Below, piece by piece: positions 13,388 to 26,757 of a DNA stretch of 64,000 bases. Source of the DNA: Eledone cirrhosa (taxonomy: Eukaryota); contig OZ024760.1 in NCBI GenBank assembly GCA_964016885.1, forward strand, positions 310,001-374,000, read 5' to 3'. The position numbers and the translations under genes are program-made. The notes under the pieces are model-generated. The model made no database searches. It had not been told where the DNA came from and saw only the letters and a program-made list of their open reading frames with translations. The first letter of the stretch is position 1, and each line of letters begins with the position of its first letter.

Positions 13388-13723
13388 ATATTAAATAAAT
13401 GGAAACTATATTTAGAAAACCATATTTATTGTATTATATATATTTCAAGGGCAACCAAGACAACATTGGTGCGCTTTCATCAGATAAAATACAAAGTTTG
13501 AATAGAGACGTACCCATGAAAATCAAACCTTATCGGTTGGAAATTCACTGGATAGTGTAAATCCAACCGATAAGGTTTGATTTTCATGGGTACGTCTCTA
13601 TTTATAAAACAAACTTTGTATTTTATCTGATGAAAGCGCACCAATGTTGTCTTGGTTGCCCTTGAAATATATATAATAAAATAAATATGGTTTTATAAAT
13701 ATAATTTCCATTTATTTAATATT

Positions 13724-13730
<7 letters not shown>
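13382..13730. mobile_element. Fold-back HHR element family D
   Basis: Arms 13382-13541 and 13562-13730. The HHR at 13620-13682 reads ATTTTAT-CTGATGA-..GCACCAA/TTGGTTGC..-GAAA-TATATATA-ATAAAAT. Confidence 0.85.
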
Positions 13731-13785
<55 letters not shown>

Positions 13786-13786
<1 letters not shown>

Positions 13787-13990
13787 CAAAGAAAGTGTGG
13801 TAAGAAACCAGGTGGACCAGAACGCACCAGAGTACTCGATACTTAGGGTAGTAGAGTGGGTAAGAGGATAAGAGTCAGGACCCCGACGGCTGAGCTTTGG
13901 CCGTTTCGACAACTAGATCCGAACTCAGATGTAGGTGTTGAAACGGCAGGAGCTCAGCCGTCGGGGTCCTGACAACACTTTTCCTATATG
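13786..13990. mobile_element. Fold-back element family C (3' half of HHR in both arms)
   Basis: GTCAGGACCCCGACGGCTGAGCT..CCGTTTC is mirrored by GAAACGGC..AGCTCAGCCGTCGGGGTCCTGAC. Confidence 0.8.
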
Positions 13991-14076
13991 TAAATATATT
14001 TACTTACACACACACACATATAAATATATTATATATATATATTATATATATATTATATATATATATATATATTATA

Positions 14077-14187
14077 TCAAATCCCGCCGAGGTTGACTTT
14101 GCCTTTCATCCTTACGGGGTCGATAAAATAAAGTACCAGTAATACACTGGGTAATTGCTGGCATTGTGCCTAAAGTAGAAACAATTA
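14077..14187 (+). mobile_element. SINE family 1, 5'-truncated
   Basis: Core and tail match. Confidence 0.8.
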
Positions 14188-14433
14188 TATATATTATATA
14201 TATATATTATATATATATATTATATATATTATATATATATATTATATATATATATTATATATATATATATTATATATATATATTATATATATATATATTA
14301 TATATATATATTATATATATATATTATATATATATATATTATATATATATATTATATATATATATATTATATATATATATTATATATATAATTCGAATAC
14401 AGGGAAAATGCTCTAAGCCGTTTGAAATTGAGA

Positions 14434-14508
<75 letters not shown>

Positions 14509-14588
14509 CATACATTTATATATATATATATATATATATAGTTTATTGGTGTGTAATTAATTACTATTTTGATAATTTGTTCCTGCTG

Positions 14589-14644
<56 letters not shown>

Positions 14645-15236
14645 ATATCTACTTCAGTGACACACTTAAAGGGTAGAAAGGCCAGGAGTTCCCCCCGCCC
14701 CTCTTATAAATTAAATACCAGTATAAAACCCAGTGCTAACCACTTCATAAATCATTGATATCCCCTAACATTTTGTTATGTGACTCTCAGCAATAACATA
14801 ACACTCGTTAATATCTCTCCATACACCATACACGCCATTCTGTTCTTACAATACTTTACTTATAACTCCTTTCTCTGCTCAGTCATTACTGAAGTTTCGT
14901 TTCGCTTCCATTGTTTTTCGAGTGTTCATTCCACAATTTTTAATCAACAAGTTTCTTTGTTTTATTTTTCTTCTGTTTTTGCTTTCTTTTTTTTTTCTTC
15001 TTTTTTTTCTTCTTTTTTAAAAACTTAAATTAAACTTTGACAAACTAACAAAACTATAATTACGCGACTTACGTTACCTCGTGTAGACTTTTGTAACACT
15101 AACAGGACTCTTTCACCCTCATCTTCCTTCTCTCTCTCTTTTTCTCTCTATCTCTTTCTTTCTTTCTCTGTCACGTTTTCTCTCTTTTTCTCTTCTCTCT
15201 CTCTTTCATTCTCTCTCTCTTTCTCTCTCTGTGTCT

Positions 15237-15354
<118 letters not shown>

Positions 15355-15444
15355 CCCCGCTTCTTTCGCTTCTCTCGCTTCTCTCATTTTTCTCTTTCAA
15401 TGACTCTCCTTTTTCCTTCTCGTTCCATATCTTTCATTCATTTA

Positions 15445-15524
<80 letters not shown>

Positions 15525-15534
15525 CTATCTATAA

Positions 15535-16126
15535 CAACAGCAATAACATCAGCATCAGTAGTGTCAATAACAAACACCAACAGCAGCAATAACAGTAACG
15601 GCAATAATAACAACAACAGCAAGAAAAACAGCCTTAATAACAACAACATCGACAATAGCAACAACAACAATAACAACACCAACCTTAACCACACCAACAA
15701 CACCAACAACAACACCAACAACAACCACAACAATAACAAGAACAACAACAAAACTGCTGTAGCATTTACAACGGCAATAACAAAATCAACAACAACAATA
15801 ACAACAACAAGAGTAACTACTACACAATCAACAATAACAACAGTAACAACAATAGCAACAGTAACAACAACACAATCAACAATAGCAACAATAACAACAG
15901 TAACGACAGTAACGACAGTAACAACAACAGTAACAACTATAACAACAGTAACAACTATAACAACAGTAACAACAACACAATCAACAATAGCAACAGTAAC
16001 AACAACAATAGCAACAATAACAACAACACAATCAACAATAGCAACAACACAATCAACAATAGCAACAGTAACAACAGTAACAACAACAATAGCAACGATA
16101 ACAACAGTAACAACAACAGTAACAAC
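15535..16126. repeat. (AAC/AAT/AGC)n triplet low-complexity tract
   Basis: Direct inspection. Confidence 0.9.
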
Positions 16127-16323
16127 CAAAATGGTAGAATGATGCCAGCCAAGAGAGAAAGACAATGACCGAAGAACGTCACATGTATTTCTGATGATGT
16201 AAACATTTGAACTGTACTACATACACACACATACTCGCATATATGGACACACACACATACATATACACACATACATATACACACATTCAAACATATCCAC
16301 GCATCCACATACATTTAAACATA

Positions 16324-16403
<80 letters not shown>

Positions 16404-16649
16404 AGATGTATGCATGCATGCATATTTTTCTTTCATATACGTATAATGGGCACTTGTACACACACGCACCCACCCACCCCCACCAACCTACCCCCACCCC
16501 CACCCACACACACGCATACACACACACATATATATATATGTATACATACATAGACAAATACAAAGTCTTGAAAAAAAAAACTATAAATATGTCAAAAAAC
16601 AAAATGGCTGCCACGAGAGAGATGTAGAGTGAGAATGAGGGAGAGAAAT

Positions 16650-16690
<41 letters not shown>

Positions 16691-16998
16691 CACATACATA
16701 TATACACACACACACACATATATATAAATATGTGTGAGTGTTTGTATATATATATATATGTATGTTTGTATATATTTGTGTATGTATGTATATATATACA
16801 CATACACACACACACACATATATATATATACACATACATACACACATATATAAATATGTGTGAGTGTTTGTATATATATATATATATATGTATGTTTGTA
16901 TATATTTGTGTATGTATGTATATATATATACATACACACACACACACATATATATATATATACACATACATACACATATATAAATATGTGTGAGTATT

Positions 16999-17041
<43 letters not shown>

Positions 17042-17096
17042 TTGTATATATTTGTGTATGTATGTATATATATATACACATACACACACACACATG

Positions 17097-17129
<33 letters not shown>

Positions 17130-17149
17130 ATATACACACACACACACGC

Positions 17150-17180
<31 letters not shown>

Positions 17181-17355
17181 TATATACATATATACTCACA
17201 CACACACACACATATATATATATATACACACACACACATATATACATATATACTCACACACACACACACACATATACATATGTACACACACCCATATACA
17301 TATATACACCCACACACACACATATACATATATACACACACACACACACACACTC

Positions 17356-17392
<37 letters not shown>

Positions 17393-17736
17393 AAGACTTC
17401 GCGATGCCAGCCGTGATGTGATGATGAACTTGGTAACTTCACTATAGACAAATCTTAACAGATCCTATTTTTGGCATCATTTGAATTCTGGCCAACAATA
17501 ATTCTTTTACCTGAACATTTTTGGCACTTTTCAACTTCTTTCTAGTAATTGCTTAGTTATATGGTTTGTTTGTGTGGTTTTATGATGTTGTTGTTGTTTT
17601 TTTATTTGTGTGAAGTGGGGAAGGAGGTTTGTGGGGGATTGTTTTTATCTTTTCGTTTCATTATTGTTATCATTATCATTATTATGAATTTTGTTGTTGC
17701 TATTGTTGTTGTTGATGCTGCTTTATTATTATTGTA

Positions 17737-18040
17737 GAGGGGACGGACGCCCTGCTTTCCAGCACACAGTTACGTCCCTTTACGATCTGAGTTCAAATCC
17801 CGCCGAGGTTAACTTTGCCTTTCATCCTTACGGGGGGTCGATAAAATAAAGTACCAGTCATGCACTGGGGTCGATTTAATCGACTTTCCGCTCCCCTCAA
17901 ATTACTGGCCCTGTGCCTATACTAGACATCATTATCATCATCATCGTTCTCATTATTATTAAAGGACTGATAAAATAAAAGTACCAGTAATGCACTGGGT
18001 AATTGCTGGCCTTGTGCCTAAAGTAGAAACAATTATTATT
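17737..18040 (+). mobile_element. SINE family 1 copy plus extra tail fragment
   Basis: Core and tail match. Confidence 0.8.
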
Positions 18041-18041
18041 A

Positions 18042-18519
18042 AAGGACTGAAGACAGACACTTTTCTTTTCGGCCAATTCCTCATCAACTCCAAGTTTCAC
18101 CTGGAAAGGAAGGTGAGGGCGGAGAGAGAAGTGCTGCCCCCCCCCCCCCAGTACATTTGCTAAAAGGTGGGTGAATGTGACGAGAATAGTCCGTGTGAGT
18201 GGGCTTACTCTGACCATGCGCCTGTTGGCTGGTTAATTTGAGGAGAGAGGGGTGGCCTCTCCGGGTGCCGTAGAAGCGTCGGGTGGTTCAGAATTGGTGG
18301 GGTACCCGAGTCACCTCTGGGTCGTCGTCCTCCCCCTATTGGTGAATTTATTTTGTTATGTTTATACATAGTTTATCTTATATTTTCATTGTTAAATTGA
18401 TTTTGCTATTGTGCATCTTCACTCAGTCTTATTGTAAACCCTCCACCCTCCCTGTCTTTGTATTGCCCCTACATGTCGGCCCTTGTGGCCAATAAATCAA
18501 ATCATTATTATTATTATTA
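18042..18519 (+). mobile_element. L1/Tx1-like LINE 3' end (ORF2 C-terminus, 3' UTR, AATAAA, (ATT)n tail)
   Basis: Reads KGLKTDTFLFGQFLIN..KFHLERKVRAEREVL..RWVNVTRI. Homologous to the 20325-20975 minus copy. Confidence 0.7.
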
Positions 18520-19095
18520 GGGTCGGACGTCATGCTTTGACGCATAGAGTTACGGCCCTTTCCATTCTGAGTTCAAATCCCGCCGAGGTTAACTTTGCCT
18601 TTATTCCTTACGGGGTCGATAAAATAAAGTACCAGTAATGTACTGAGGTAATTGCTGGCCTTGTGCCAAAAGTAGAAACAATCATTTTTATTACTACTGG
18701 GATTAATTTCGCGTTTCATTCTTACGGGATGTTGATAAACTAAAGTACCTGTAAGGTACTGGGGTCGATTTAATCAAAAATTGTTGGTCTTGTGCCTAAA
18801 TCAGAAACCATTATTAGATAAAATAAAGTACCAGTAATGTACTGGGTAATTGCTGGTCTTGTGCCTAAAGTAGAAACAATTATTATTATTTCTACTACTA
18901 CTAGGGTCAGACGCCATGCTTTGCAGCATAGAGTTACGGCCCTTTATGATCTGAGTTCAACTCCTGCCGAAGTTAACTTTGTCTTTCATACTTACGGGGT
19001 CGATAAAATAAAGTACCAGTCACGCACTGAGGTCGATTTAATCGACTTTCGCCTCCCCCAAAATTGCTGGCCTTGTGCCTATATAAGAAACCTTT
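18520..19095 (+). mobile_element. Cluster of 3-4 tandem SINE family 1 copies/fragments
   Basis: Repeated GATAAAATAAAGTACCAG cores and CTTGTGCC..AGAAAC tails. Confidence 0.8.
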
Positions 19096-19111
19096 ATTTC
19101 TACTGCTGTTG

Positions 19112-19158
<47 letters not shown>

Positions 19159-20098
19159 GCTGCTGCTGTTGTTGCTAATGCCCCCACCACCTCCACATCA
19201 CCCACCACCACCACCACCACCACCACCACCACCACCACCACCACTACCACCACCACCACCATCACCTACCGTTCCTATCATCTAATTCTTGGATCAGGTC
19301 TTATTTTCTTGAACCTCAACCAAAAAATTATTCAAGATGAAAATATAAACCTTTTATTTTGATGTTTTGTGTGGTTTGACTTGTTGTTGTTGTTGTTTCT
19401 GCTCTCTTGTTGTTGTCATTGTTCTTGTAGTAGTTGTAGTAGTAATAGTACTAATAGTACTCCCTCTGTGTGATATTAGTACTACTAGTATATGTACTCT
19501 ATGTGTGATATTAGTACTACTAGTATATGTACTCTATGTGTGATATTAGTACTACTAGTATAACGGTTGGTTCCTCTTTTATGTTAAAACTTAAAATAAA
19601 CAAAATGTTTGTTTGTTTTTTCTTTCTGGGTATTTATATATTTTGCTACTTTGGCAGAATCTTTTATTTGGCTGCTGCTGCTACTACTACTACTACTACT
19701 GCTGCTGCTGATGCTGCTGATGCTGCTGCCGCCGCTACTACCACCACCATATATATATACAACTCCTTATATATATATATATATATATATTCCTCTTAAT
19801 CGGAGAGCATTATCTGTTCAGAGAGGAAATCTTATGAAAGAAAATCACTTTGTGAAGACAATATAGAGTTTCCGTTTGTCTGGCAAAGTGCAAGTCATCT
19901 TGCATTGTTCAAGATAGACGGCCGGCTGCCTTTAACGGCTTTTTATATATATAAATAAAATAACGTTATTTAACCCAAGGATTGTTGGAGTTTTTACATT
20001 AATGTGCCGGCTCCATTTAAAAAATAACAATAACATAACAAATTCCCCAAAGGTGAGGAGACTCCAAGAGTCATTCGTATATGATGATGATGATGAGG

Positions 20099-20136
<38 letters not shown>

Positions 20137-20140
<4 letters not shown>

Positions 20141-20300
20141 GTTTCTTATATAGGAACAAGGCCAGCAATCATGGGGGAGGGGAAATTCGATTAAATCGAC
20201 CCCAGTGCGTGACTGGTACTTTATTTTATCGACCCCGTAAGGATGAAAGGCAAAGTTAACCTCGGTGGGATTTGAACTGACGTTCTACCGATACTGCCAA
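20137..20300 (-). mobile_element. SINE family 1 with (ATT)n tail
   Basis: Core match on the minus strand. Confidence 0.8.
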
Positions 20301-20324
20301 TGATAATCATCATAAGAATAATGG

Positions 20325-20975
20325 TTTCTTTATTAGCCACAAGGGCTAACACGAAGAAAAACATTACAGACGACACAGAACGGTACAGGACGATACAAGA
20401 CGGTACAAAGTGGGTCTTGGTCGTGTAAAAAGGTTATAACAAGAAAATAGAAATGTGTAAAGACAAATTAAAAAATTCAAACAATAAAAATTCCCCAATA
20501 GGGGGGAAACCTCCGAGGGTCACTCGTGGCGAAAACCACACAAAAGATCACAGCCACCCTGACCAATAGGGCAAGCACCTTCACTCAGTTCTCTCGCTCC
20601 TCAGTCTACAGGCGCATACTCAGAGCGGGCCCGTTCATTCGGACAAGACTCGCCACTTTCACCCACCTTTCAACAAACTTACTAGAAGACAGCGCTTGCC
20701 TCTACAAACTGATTCTCCTCTTTTAAGTGAAATTTGAAAAAGTTAATCAGAGATTCGCCGGACAGGAAAGTGTCCGTCTTCAATCCTTTCAACCATGTCC
20801 ACCACAATCTCTTTCGCCATGCCATGGTCACCAGGCAGATGAAAACTGCCTGCCCTCCCTCCTCCTTAAAGGAGGACGGTGGGGCTATCTGCACAATGGA
20901 CTCAGTCGATAACCGGATTCGTCCTACACGCGACAGCAACTGTTCGACATGGTCCGGCTATGATCAAGGCACCCT
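20325..20975 (-). mobile_element. L1/Tx1-like LINE 3' fragment
   Basis: ORF 20682-20939 reads LSRVGRIRLS...WWTWLKGLKTDTFLSGESLINFFKFHLK and ends in CCCTTGTGGCTAATAAA. Confidence 0.7.
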
Positions 20976-21104
20976 ATGATTGAACGGTGTTCTAATCGCG
21001 ACCATTTCATCTTTCTCTATAGTATTTTTGGGGACTGCATTATCCGATGTGTCCTCATTTTTCTATACGATAGGTTGTAAAATTGAGGAAGACATATATA
21101 AAGG

Positions 21105-21392
21105 GAGTAGGCAAATTGGCAGAGTCGTTAGAACGTCGAATAGAATGCTTTATGGTATTCGTTTCGGCTTTCTGCTCTCTGAGTTCAAATCCCACCGAGG
21201 TTAACTTTGTCATTCAACCTTTCGAGGTCAATGAAAAAAGTACGAGTCTAGTACTGGGTCAATTCTTCCTCTATATATCTTTCTCATTTCCTCTCCCTCA
21301 CCTATCTTTCTCTAGAAGAAATCTGCTGTACTTAGACCTGGAGAAGGATAGGCTCTGCCAGGGTTAAAATGCCCAAGAAACGGCGCCCCTAC
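21105..21392 (+). mobile_element. SINE family 1 variant with alternative 3' tail
   Basis: tRNA-like head and core, then a tail AGAAATCTGCTGTA..AGACCTGGAG..AAAATGCCC shared with 22790-23085 (-) and 47680-48118 (-). Confidence 0.7.
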
Positions 21393-21666
21393 GACTCTAT
21401 CAAGAGTTACGGGGCCATACACATATATATAGAGTAGAGGCATGGTTATATCCCCGCAGACGTTGTCACATTTAAATAAATTTCTTTTCTTTTTGCCATA
21501 TTTAGATTTCTATAAATCTATCTTTTAAGCTAACGCTTATTATAAAAATAGAAACCCTATGCTTTGTATTGAGTGCATTCATATAATTGTGTCCTGCGTA
21601 TATATACACAAACATGAATAACGTATATATATATATACGAGGTTTCCTTAGTCTGGAGACAATCGA

Positions 21667-21753
<87 letters not shown>

Positions 21754-22046
21754 AATGTGTGTATATATATACATACATATGTATATATATATATATACAT
21801 ATGTATATATATACACACATACATATGTATATATATACATATATATATATACACACACATATGTATATATACGTATATACGCATACATATGTATGTATAT
21901 ACACGTACATATGCATATATATATGTATATACGAATACATATGTATGTATATATATATATATATATGTGTGTGTATATATATATATATATGTATATGTAT
22001 ATACACATACATACGTATGTATATATATATATATGTATATATATAT

Positions 22047-22106
<60 letters not shown>

Positions 22107-22404
22107 ATGTGTGTGTGTTTCAGTAGTAATACTTCCTACTAAATTAGAATTCTACACATTCTTGGCATCTACAATCTTCAAACTAACAACTGTTTTTACT
22201 GGCTCATTTAGTGTCTTTCTCTGAGAATGGATGTCTGGGTTTACGTCTACGTCTGGAGGTAGGACTGCCTCCCCCTCTGTGTGTGTGTATATATATATAT
22301 ATATACACGCACACACACACACATATATATGCATGCATACAAAGATATGGAAGGATGCCTGCGTCTCTCTTTCTCTTATATATATATATATATATGTATA
22401 TATA

Positions 22405-22586
22405 GGAAAAGAGTCAGGACCCCGACGGCTGAGCTCCGGCCGTTTCGACCGCTAGATCCGAACAGTTCGGATCTAGCTCAGCCGTCATGGTCCTGACTCT
22501 TTCCCTATTGCCCACTCTACTACCCTAAGTATTGAGTACTCTGGTGCGTTATGTTCCACCTGGTTTCTTACCACACTTTCTGTGTT
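22405..22586. mobile_element. Fold-back element family C
   Basis: Palindrome centred on CCGAACAGTTCGG (~22464), TA-flanked. Confidence 0.85.
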
Positions 22587-22789
22587 ATATATATATATAG
22601 TGAAGTATTGTCCTGAATATATAAATATATGTCATGTATGTGTGTTTGTGTGTATCGCGTAGCTCTAATAACAATGGCTATGCAACTGGAAGTGTATGCT
22701 GGGTAATGTCCACATTATTGGTCAGTAAATGTTGGTATGATATGGACACGTAACTCCTGAGGGAGTCATTGGCGCACCATATTGTCATA

Positions 22790-23085
22790 CGGCGTTTCTA
22801 GGGCATTTTTAAAAACCTGTCGGAGCCCATCTCCTCTCCGGGTCTGAATACAGCAGATTTCTTCCAGATAAGGATAGAGAGAGTGAAAAAATGGAAGTGA
22901 GAAAGAGATATAGAGGATAAATCGACCCCAGTAATTGATTGGTACTTTTGTTATCGACCATGAATGGATGAAAAGTCCATTCATGGGCAAGGTTGACCTC
23001 GGCTGGATTTGAACTCCGAGAGCCAAATAGAGTTCTACAAACCACTCTATCCGTGTTTGTAACGACTCGACCAATTCGCTGCCTT
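22790..23085 (-). mobile_element. SINE family 1 alternative-tail variant
   Basis: See 21105-21392. Confidence 0.7.
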
Positions 23086-23312
23086 AAGAAATGTTAGTTT
23101 TCTTTTTTATGCATTTTCCGACCAGATTGATGCCGCCAAGGTGCTTGGAATGGTGTTTAGGGAGTTGAACTTATAATGCGATGGTTGCGTATTCCATTGT
23201 TAGGTCAGGCAGTGCATCGTTTTCTTGTGTTCAATGCTTCATTTCGCATTAAGCAATACTTTATATCATTATATATGAGATTATTTATATTTAATCATTA
23301 TTTATATTTAAA

Positions 23313-23503
23313 GGGCGGTGAATTGGCAGTATCGGTAGAGGGTTGGACGCCATGCTTTGGCGCATAGAGTTACGGCCCTTGCCATTCTGAGTTCAAATCC
23401 CGCCGAGGTTAACTTTGCCTTTCATCCTTATGGGGTCGATAAAATAAAGTACCAGTAATGTACTGGATAATTGCTGGCCTTGTGCCAAAAGTAGAAACAA
23501 TTA
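23313..23503 (+). mobile_element. Full-length SINE family 1
   Basis: GGCGGTGAATTGGCAGTATCGGTAGAG...GAGTTCAAATCCCGCCGAGG...core...GTAGAAACAATTAT. Confidence 0.9.
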
Positions 23504-23609
23504 TTTATATTTAATCAAGAGCTAAGAAAATTAGTAGATAAATTACATAATATTCATTTTAATAACGTGATGTAAAATAATAAACTGGACAGAGTCTTGC
23601 AGTTTTCCA

Positions 23610-24106
23610 ATCATTAAGTATAAGATAAGAAACGTCATGAGAGATGCGACCTCGTAGGAGGCCAGTTAAACCTCATAGGTGTGAGCTGTAACAACATGAT
23701 GGGACTGGAGCCCTTATCATTAAAACACAAGAAAACTCTTAAGAGTGCAACCTTGTACGAGGCCACTTAAACCTTATTGGTGTGAGCTATAACAATATCA
23801 TGGGACTAGAGTCACTATCATTAAAACATATAAGAAACTTCGTGTGAGATCCAACCTCGTAGGAGGCCACTTAAACCTCATGTGAGCTACACCAACACGA
23901 TGAGAGAGGGGGGGGGGGGGTCCCTATCATTAAAACATATTTAAAAAAAACTCTTGAAAGCAACCTCATTGGAGGCCAGATAAACCTCGTAGGTGTGTGC
24001 TATAAAAAACACGATGGGAGAAGAGTCCCTATCATTAAAACATAAAAAATCTCTTAAGAGAGCAACCTTATACGAGGCCAGTTAAACCTCATAGGTGTGG
24101 GCTATA
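23610..24106 (+). repeat. Five diverged ~100-bp tandem units composed of short hairpins
   Basis: ATCATTAA recurs at ~23610, 23716, 23817, 23926 and 24031, and GAGGCCASNTAAACCT occurs five times. Confidence 0.9.
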
Positions 24107-24182
24107 GATTTCATTTTTATTATCAGATTGAAGCTAAATGGCCAACTGACTTCCATGTTTTTATTCCGTTGTCCCAAATAAA

Positions 24183-24369
24183 TGTTTCTACTTTTGGCAC
24201 AAGGCCAGCAATTACCCCAGGTCATTACTGGTACTTTATTTTATCGACATCGTAAGGATGAAAGTCAAAGTTAATCACGGCGGGATTTGAACTCAGAACA
24301 TTTAGAGCCGTAACTCTATACTGCAAAGTATGGTGTTTGACGCTCTACCGATACTGCCAATCCACCGCC
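24183..24369 (-). mobile_element. SINE family 1
   Basis: Full head, core and tail on the minus strand. Confidence 0.85.
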
Positions 24370-24557
24370 AAATAATATCAATATCGGGTCAGTTTCAATT
24401 ATGTGACAATTTCTATATTAGGTTCCAACATTACGTTTTTGATACACCGGTTTCTTATATTTCTTTCTGCTATTTTCTTTTTGTACGTACGTCCCTGATG
24501 ATTTCTTTTGAATGAAACAGTTCTATTCCTGTAGAAGCCATTTTTATATTAAACTTG

Positions 24558-24618
<61 letters not shown>

Positions 24619-24871
24619 AAGGTTAAACAAGGTTCAATGAATAAATCAAAGAATGAGTTTCTTCAATAATTTAAATTATTTGAATCTCTAACAGTTATGT
24701 AAATTGCTATTATGTATTGTTAAGCTTACTCTCACGCACCCTCTGATTTATATGTACATTGTTTCATGTCTCAATCTTAAGGTATATAAATATTGAGTCT
24801 TGTCATATCATATTCACTATCATGACTGAATCTTAACCAGCTACTAAGTCAGGGTATGTCATGCATCATCT

Positions 24872-24938
24872 TATTTTATCTGATGAGGACGTACTGTTGA
24901 AGATAGCTCAGTACCTCTGAAATATGTATAATAAAATA
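24872..24938 (+). ncRNA. Minimal type I HHR (family F)
   Basis: TATTTTAT-CTGATGA-GGAC-GTACTG...CAGTAC-CTCT-GAAA-TATGTATA-ATAAAATA, with an 8-bp stem I. Confidence 0.85.
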
Positions 24939-24978
24939 TACTGGATCACACGAATGTCTATTTTTGTTAATATTTGAA

Positions 24979-25014
<36 letters not shown>

Positions 25015-25015
<1 letters not shown>

Positions 25016-25200
25016 GCACCTCGAAAGTAGCACACAGGAGACTGAGGTTAGCTCGACATGCTCACCGACATCCAGAGTTGACATATGTTGATGCCCTAAG
25101 GACAGACACCGGTCTCTTGGAGACGCAGGACATGGCAGCGATAATGAGGGGCAGAGGACGCTGGAGAGAACTCGTCCATGGATCTCGGGAATTTTATCCG
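25015..25200 (+). pseudogene. RTE-clade LINE C-terminal fragment
   Basis: RRLRLARHAHRHPEL-TYVDALRTDTGL..M..R.RWRELV resembles the RTE ORF end (RL...GH..R ... DR..WR). Confidence 0.6.
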
Positions 25201-25607
25201 CCCTATATATATATATATATATATAATATGTGTGTGTGTAAATGTATATGTGTGTATGTGTGTATATATATATAGATATACATGTATGTGAGTGTCTGTA
25301 TGTATGAAAAGTACAGACTCAAAATAGAAATAATTATATGTACACGTACAAACACGAAGAACTACATCTATCTCTCTACCATCACCATCATTTAAATATA
25401 AAATATAGCCACTTTACTTCCACCATCAAAATATCTACTATGGAACTTTCCGCTAGATGTTCTACTTTCACTTTAGTTCATTGCTGTTTTCTTTTCTTTC
25501 TTTTCTTATTCAATACTTAGTTTTATTTTTTATATATTTACTTATGAAGTTTTTTTTTTTTGTGTTGTATATTTTTTTAATTAGAAGACATTATTAGTTT
25601 GAGTAAT

Positions 25608-25800
25608 GGCGGTGGATTGGCAATATTGGTAAAGGAACGGACGCCATGATTTGCAGCAGAGAGTTACGGCCCTTTATGGTCTGAGTTCAAATCCCGCCGA
25701 GGTTAACTTTGCCTTTCATCCTTACGGGGTCGATAAAATAAAGTACCAGTAATGTACTGGGGTATTGCTGGCTTTGTGCCTAAAGTAGAAACAATTATTA
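25608..25800 (+). mobile_element. Full-length SINE family 1 with target-site duplication
   Basis: TTATTAGTTTGAGTAAT occurs on both flanks (~25591-25607 and ~25795-25811). Confidence 0.9.
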
Positions 25801-26757
25801 GTTTGAGTAATAGAAAGAATGTTTCGTAATTAACTACAGATAAAAATACGGTGCGGTGGTGGCTGTGATGTTAGTAGTTGTGGCGTAGGTGGTGTGTACG
25901 TGGGTTTACATGTATGTATACACACACACACAGACACACACACACACACGTACACACACACACTCATTTTACACACATATGCAAAATATGTTACACGCCT
26001 AGCTATATACGTTTTGTACAGACGCATAAACATCTCTACCTATCAATCAAGCTTTATATATACGTATTGTTATATAAATGCATATATATATATATATATA
26101 TATAAATGCATATATATATATATATAGATATACATATATATATATATATATATACATATATATATAGATATGCATATATATATATATGTATATATATATA
26201 TATGCATATATACATATTTATATATACATATATATGCATATATATATGCATATATATATGCATATATATATATGCATATATATATGCATATATATGCATA
26301 TATATATATGCATATATATATATATATATGCATATATATATGCATATACATATATATATATATATGCATATATATATGCTTATATATATATATATATACA
26401 TATATATGCATATATATATATGCATATGCATATATATATGCATATATATATATATGCATATATATATATACATACACACAGCCCTCTCTATATACAAATG
26501 TATACATCTATTTCTCTCTCTCTCCCTCTCTCCCTCTCCCCCCCTCTCTCTCTCTCTCTATATATATATATAGAGAGAGAGAGAGAGATAGATATATTAT
26601 ATATATATATATACATATATACACACAGATATATTATATATATATACATACATATATACACACAGATATAAGAGTCAGTGGCCGTTGTATGTGCACATAT
26701 GCGTGTCTGCTCTTGTGTATTTGCATATTTACAAATGTCGAAAAATGTTAAGATTTC

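Noticed and set aside
22665-22765. Minus-strand PTFTDQ resembling the PLE RT thumb (also 43380-43508)
   Set aside because: Too short and disrupted to support a call.
23610-24106. CRISPR-like array
   Set aside because: Whole units are homologous with no unique spacers, there are no cas genes, and the context is eukaryotic.
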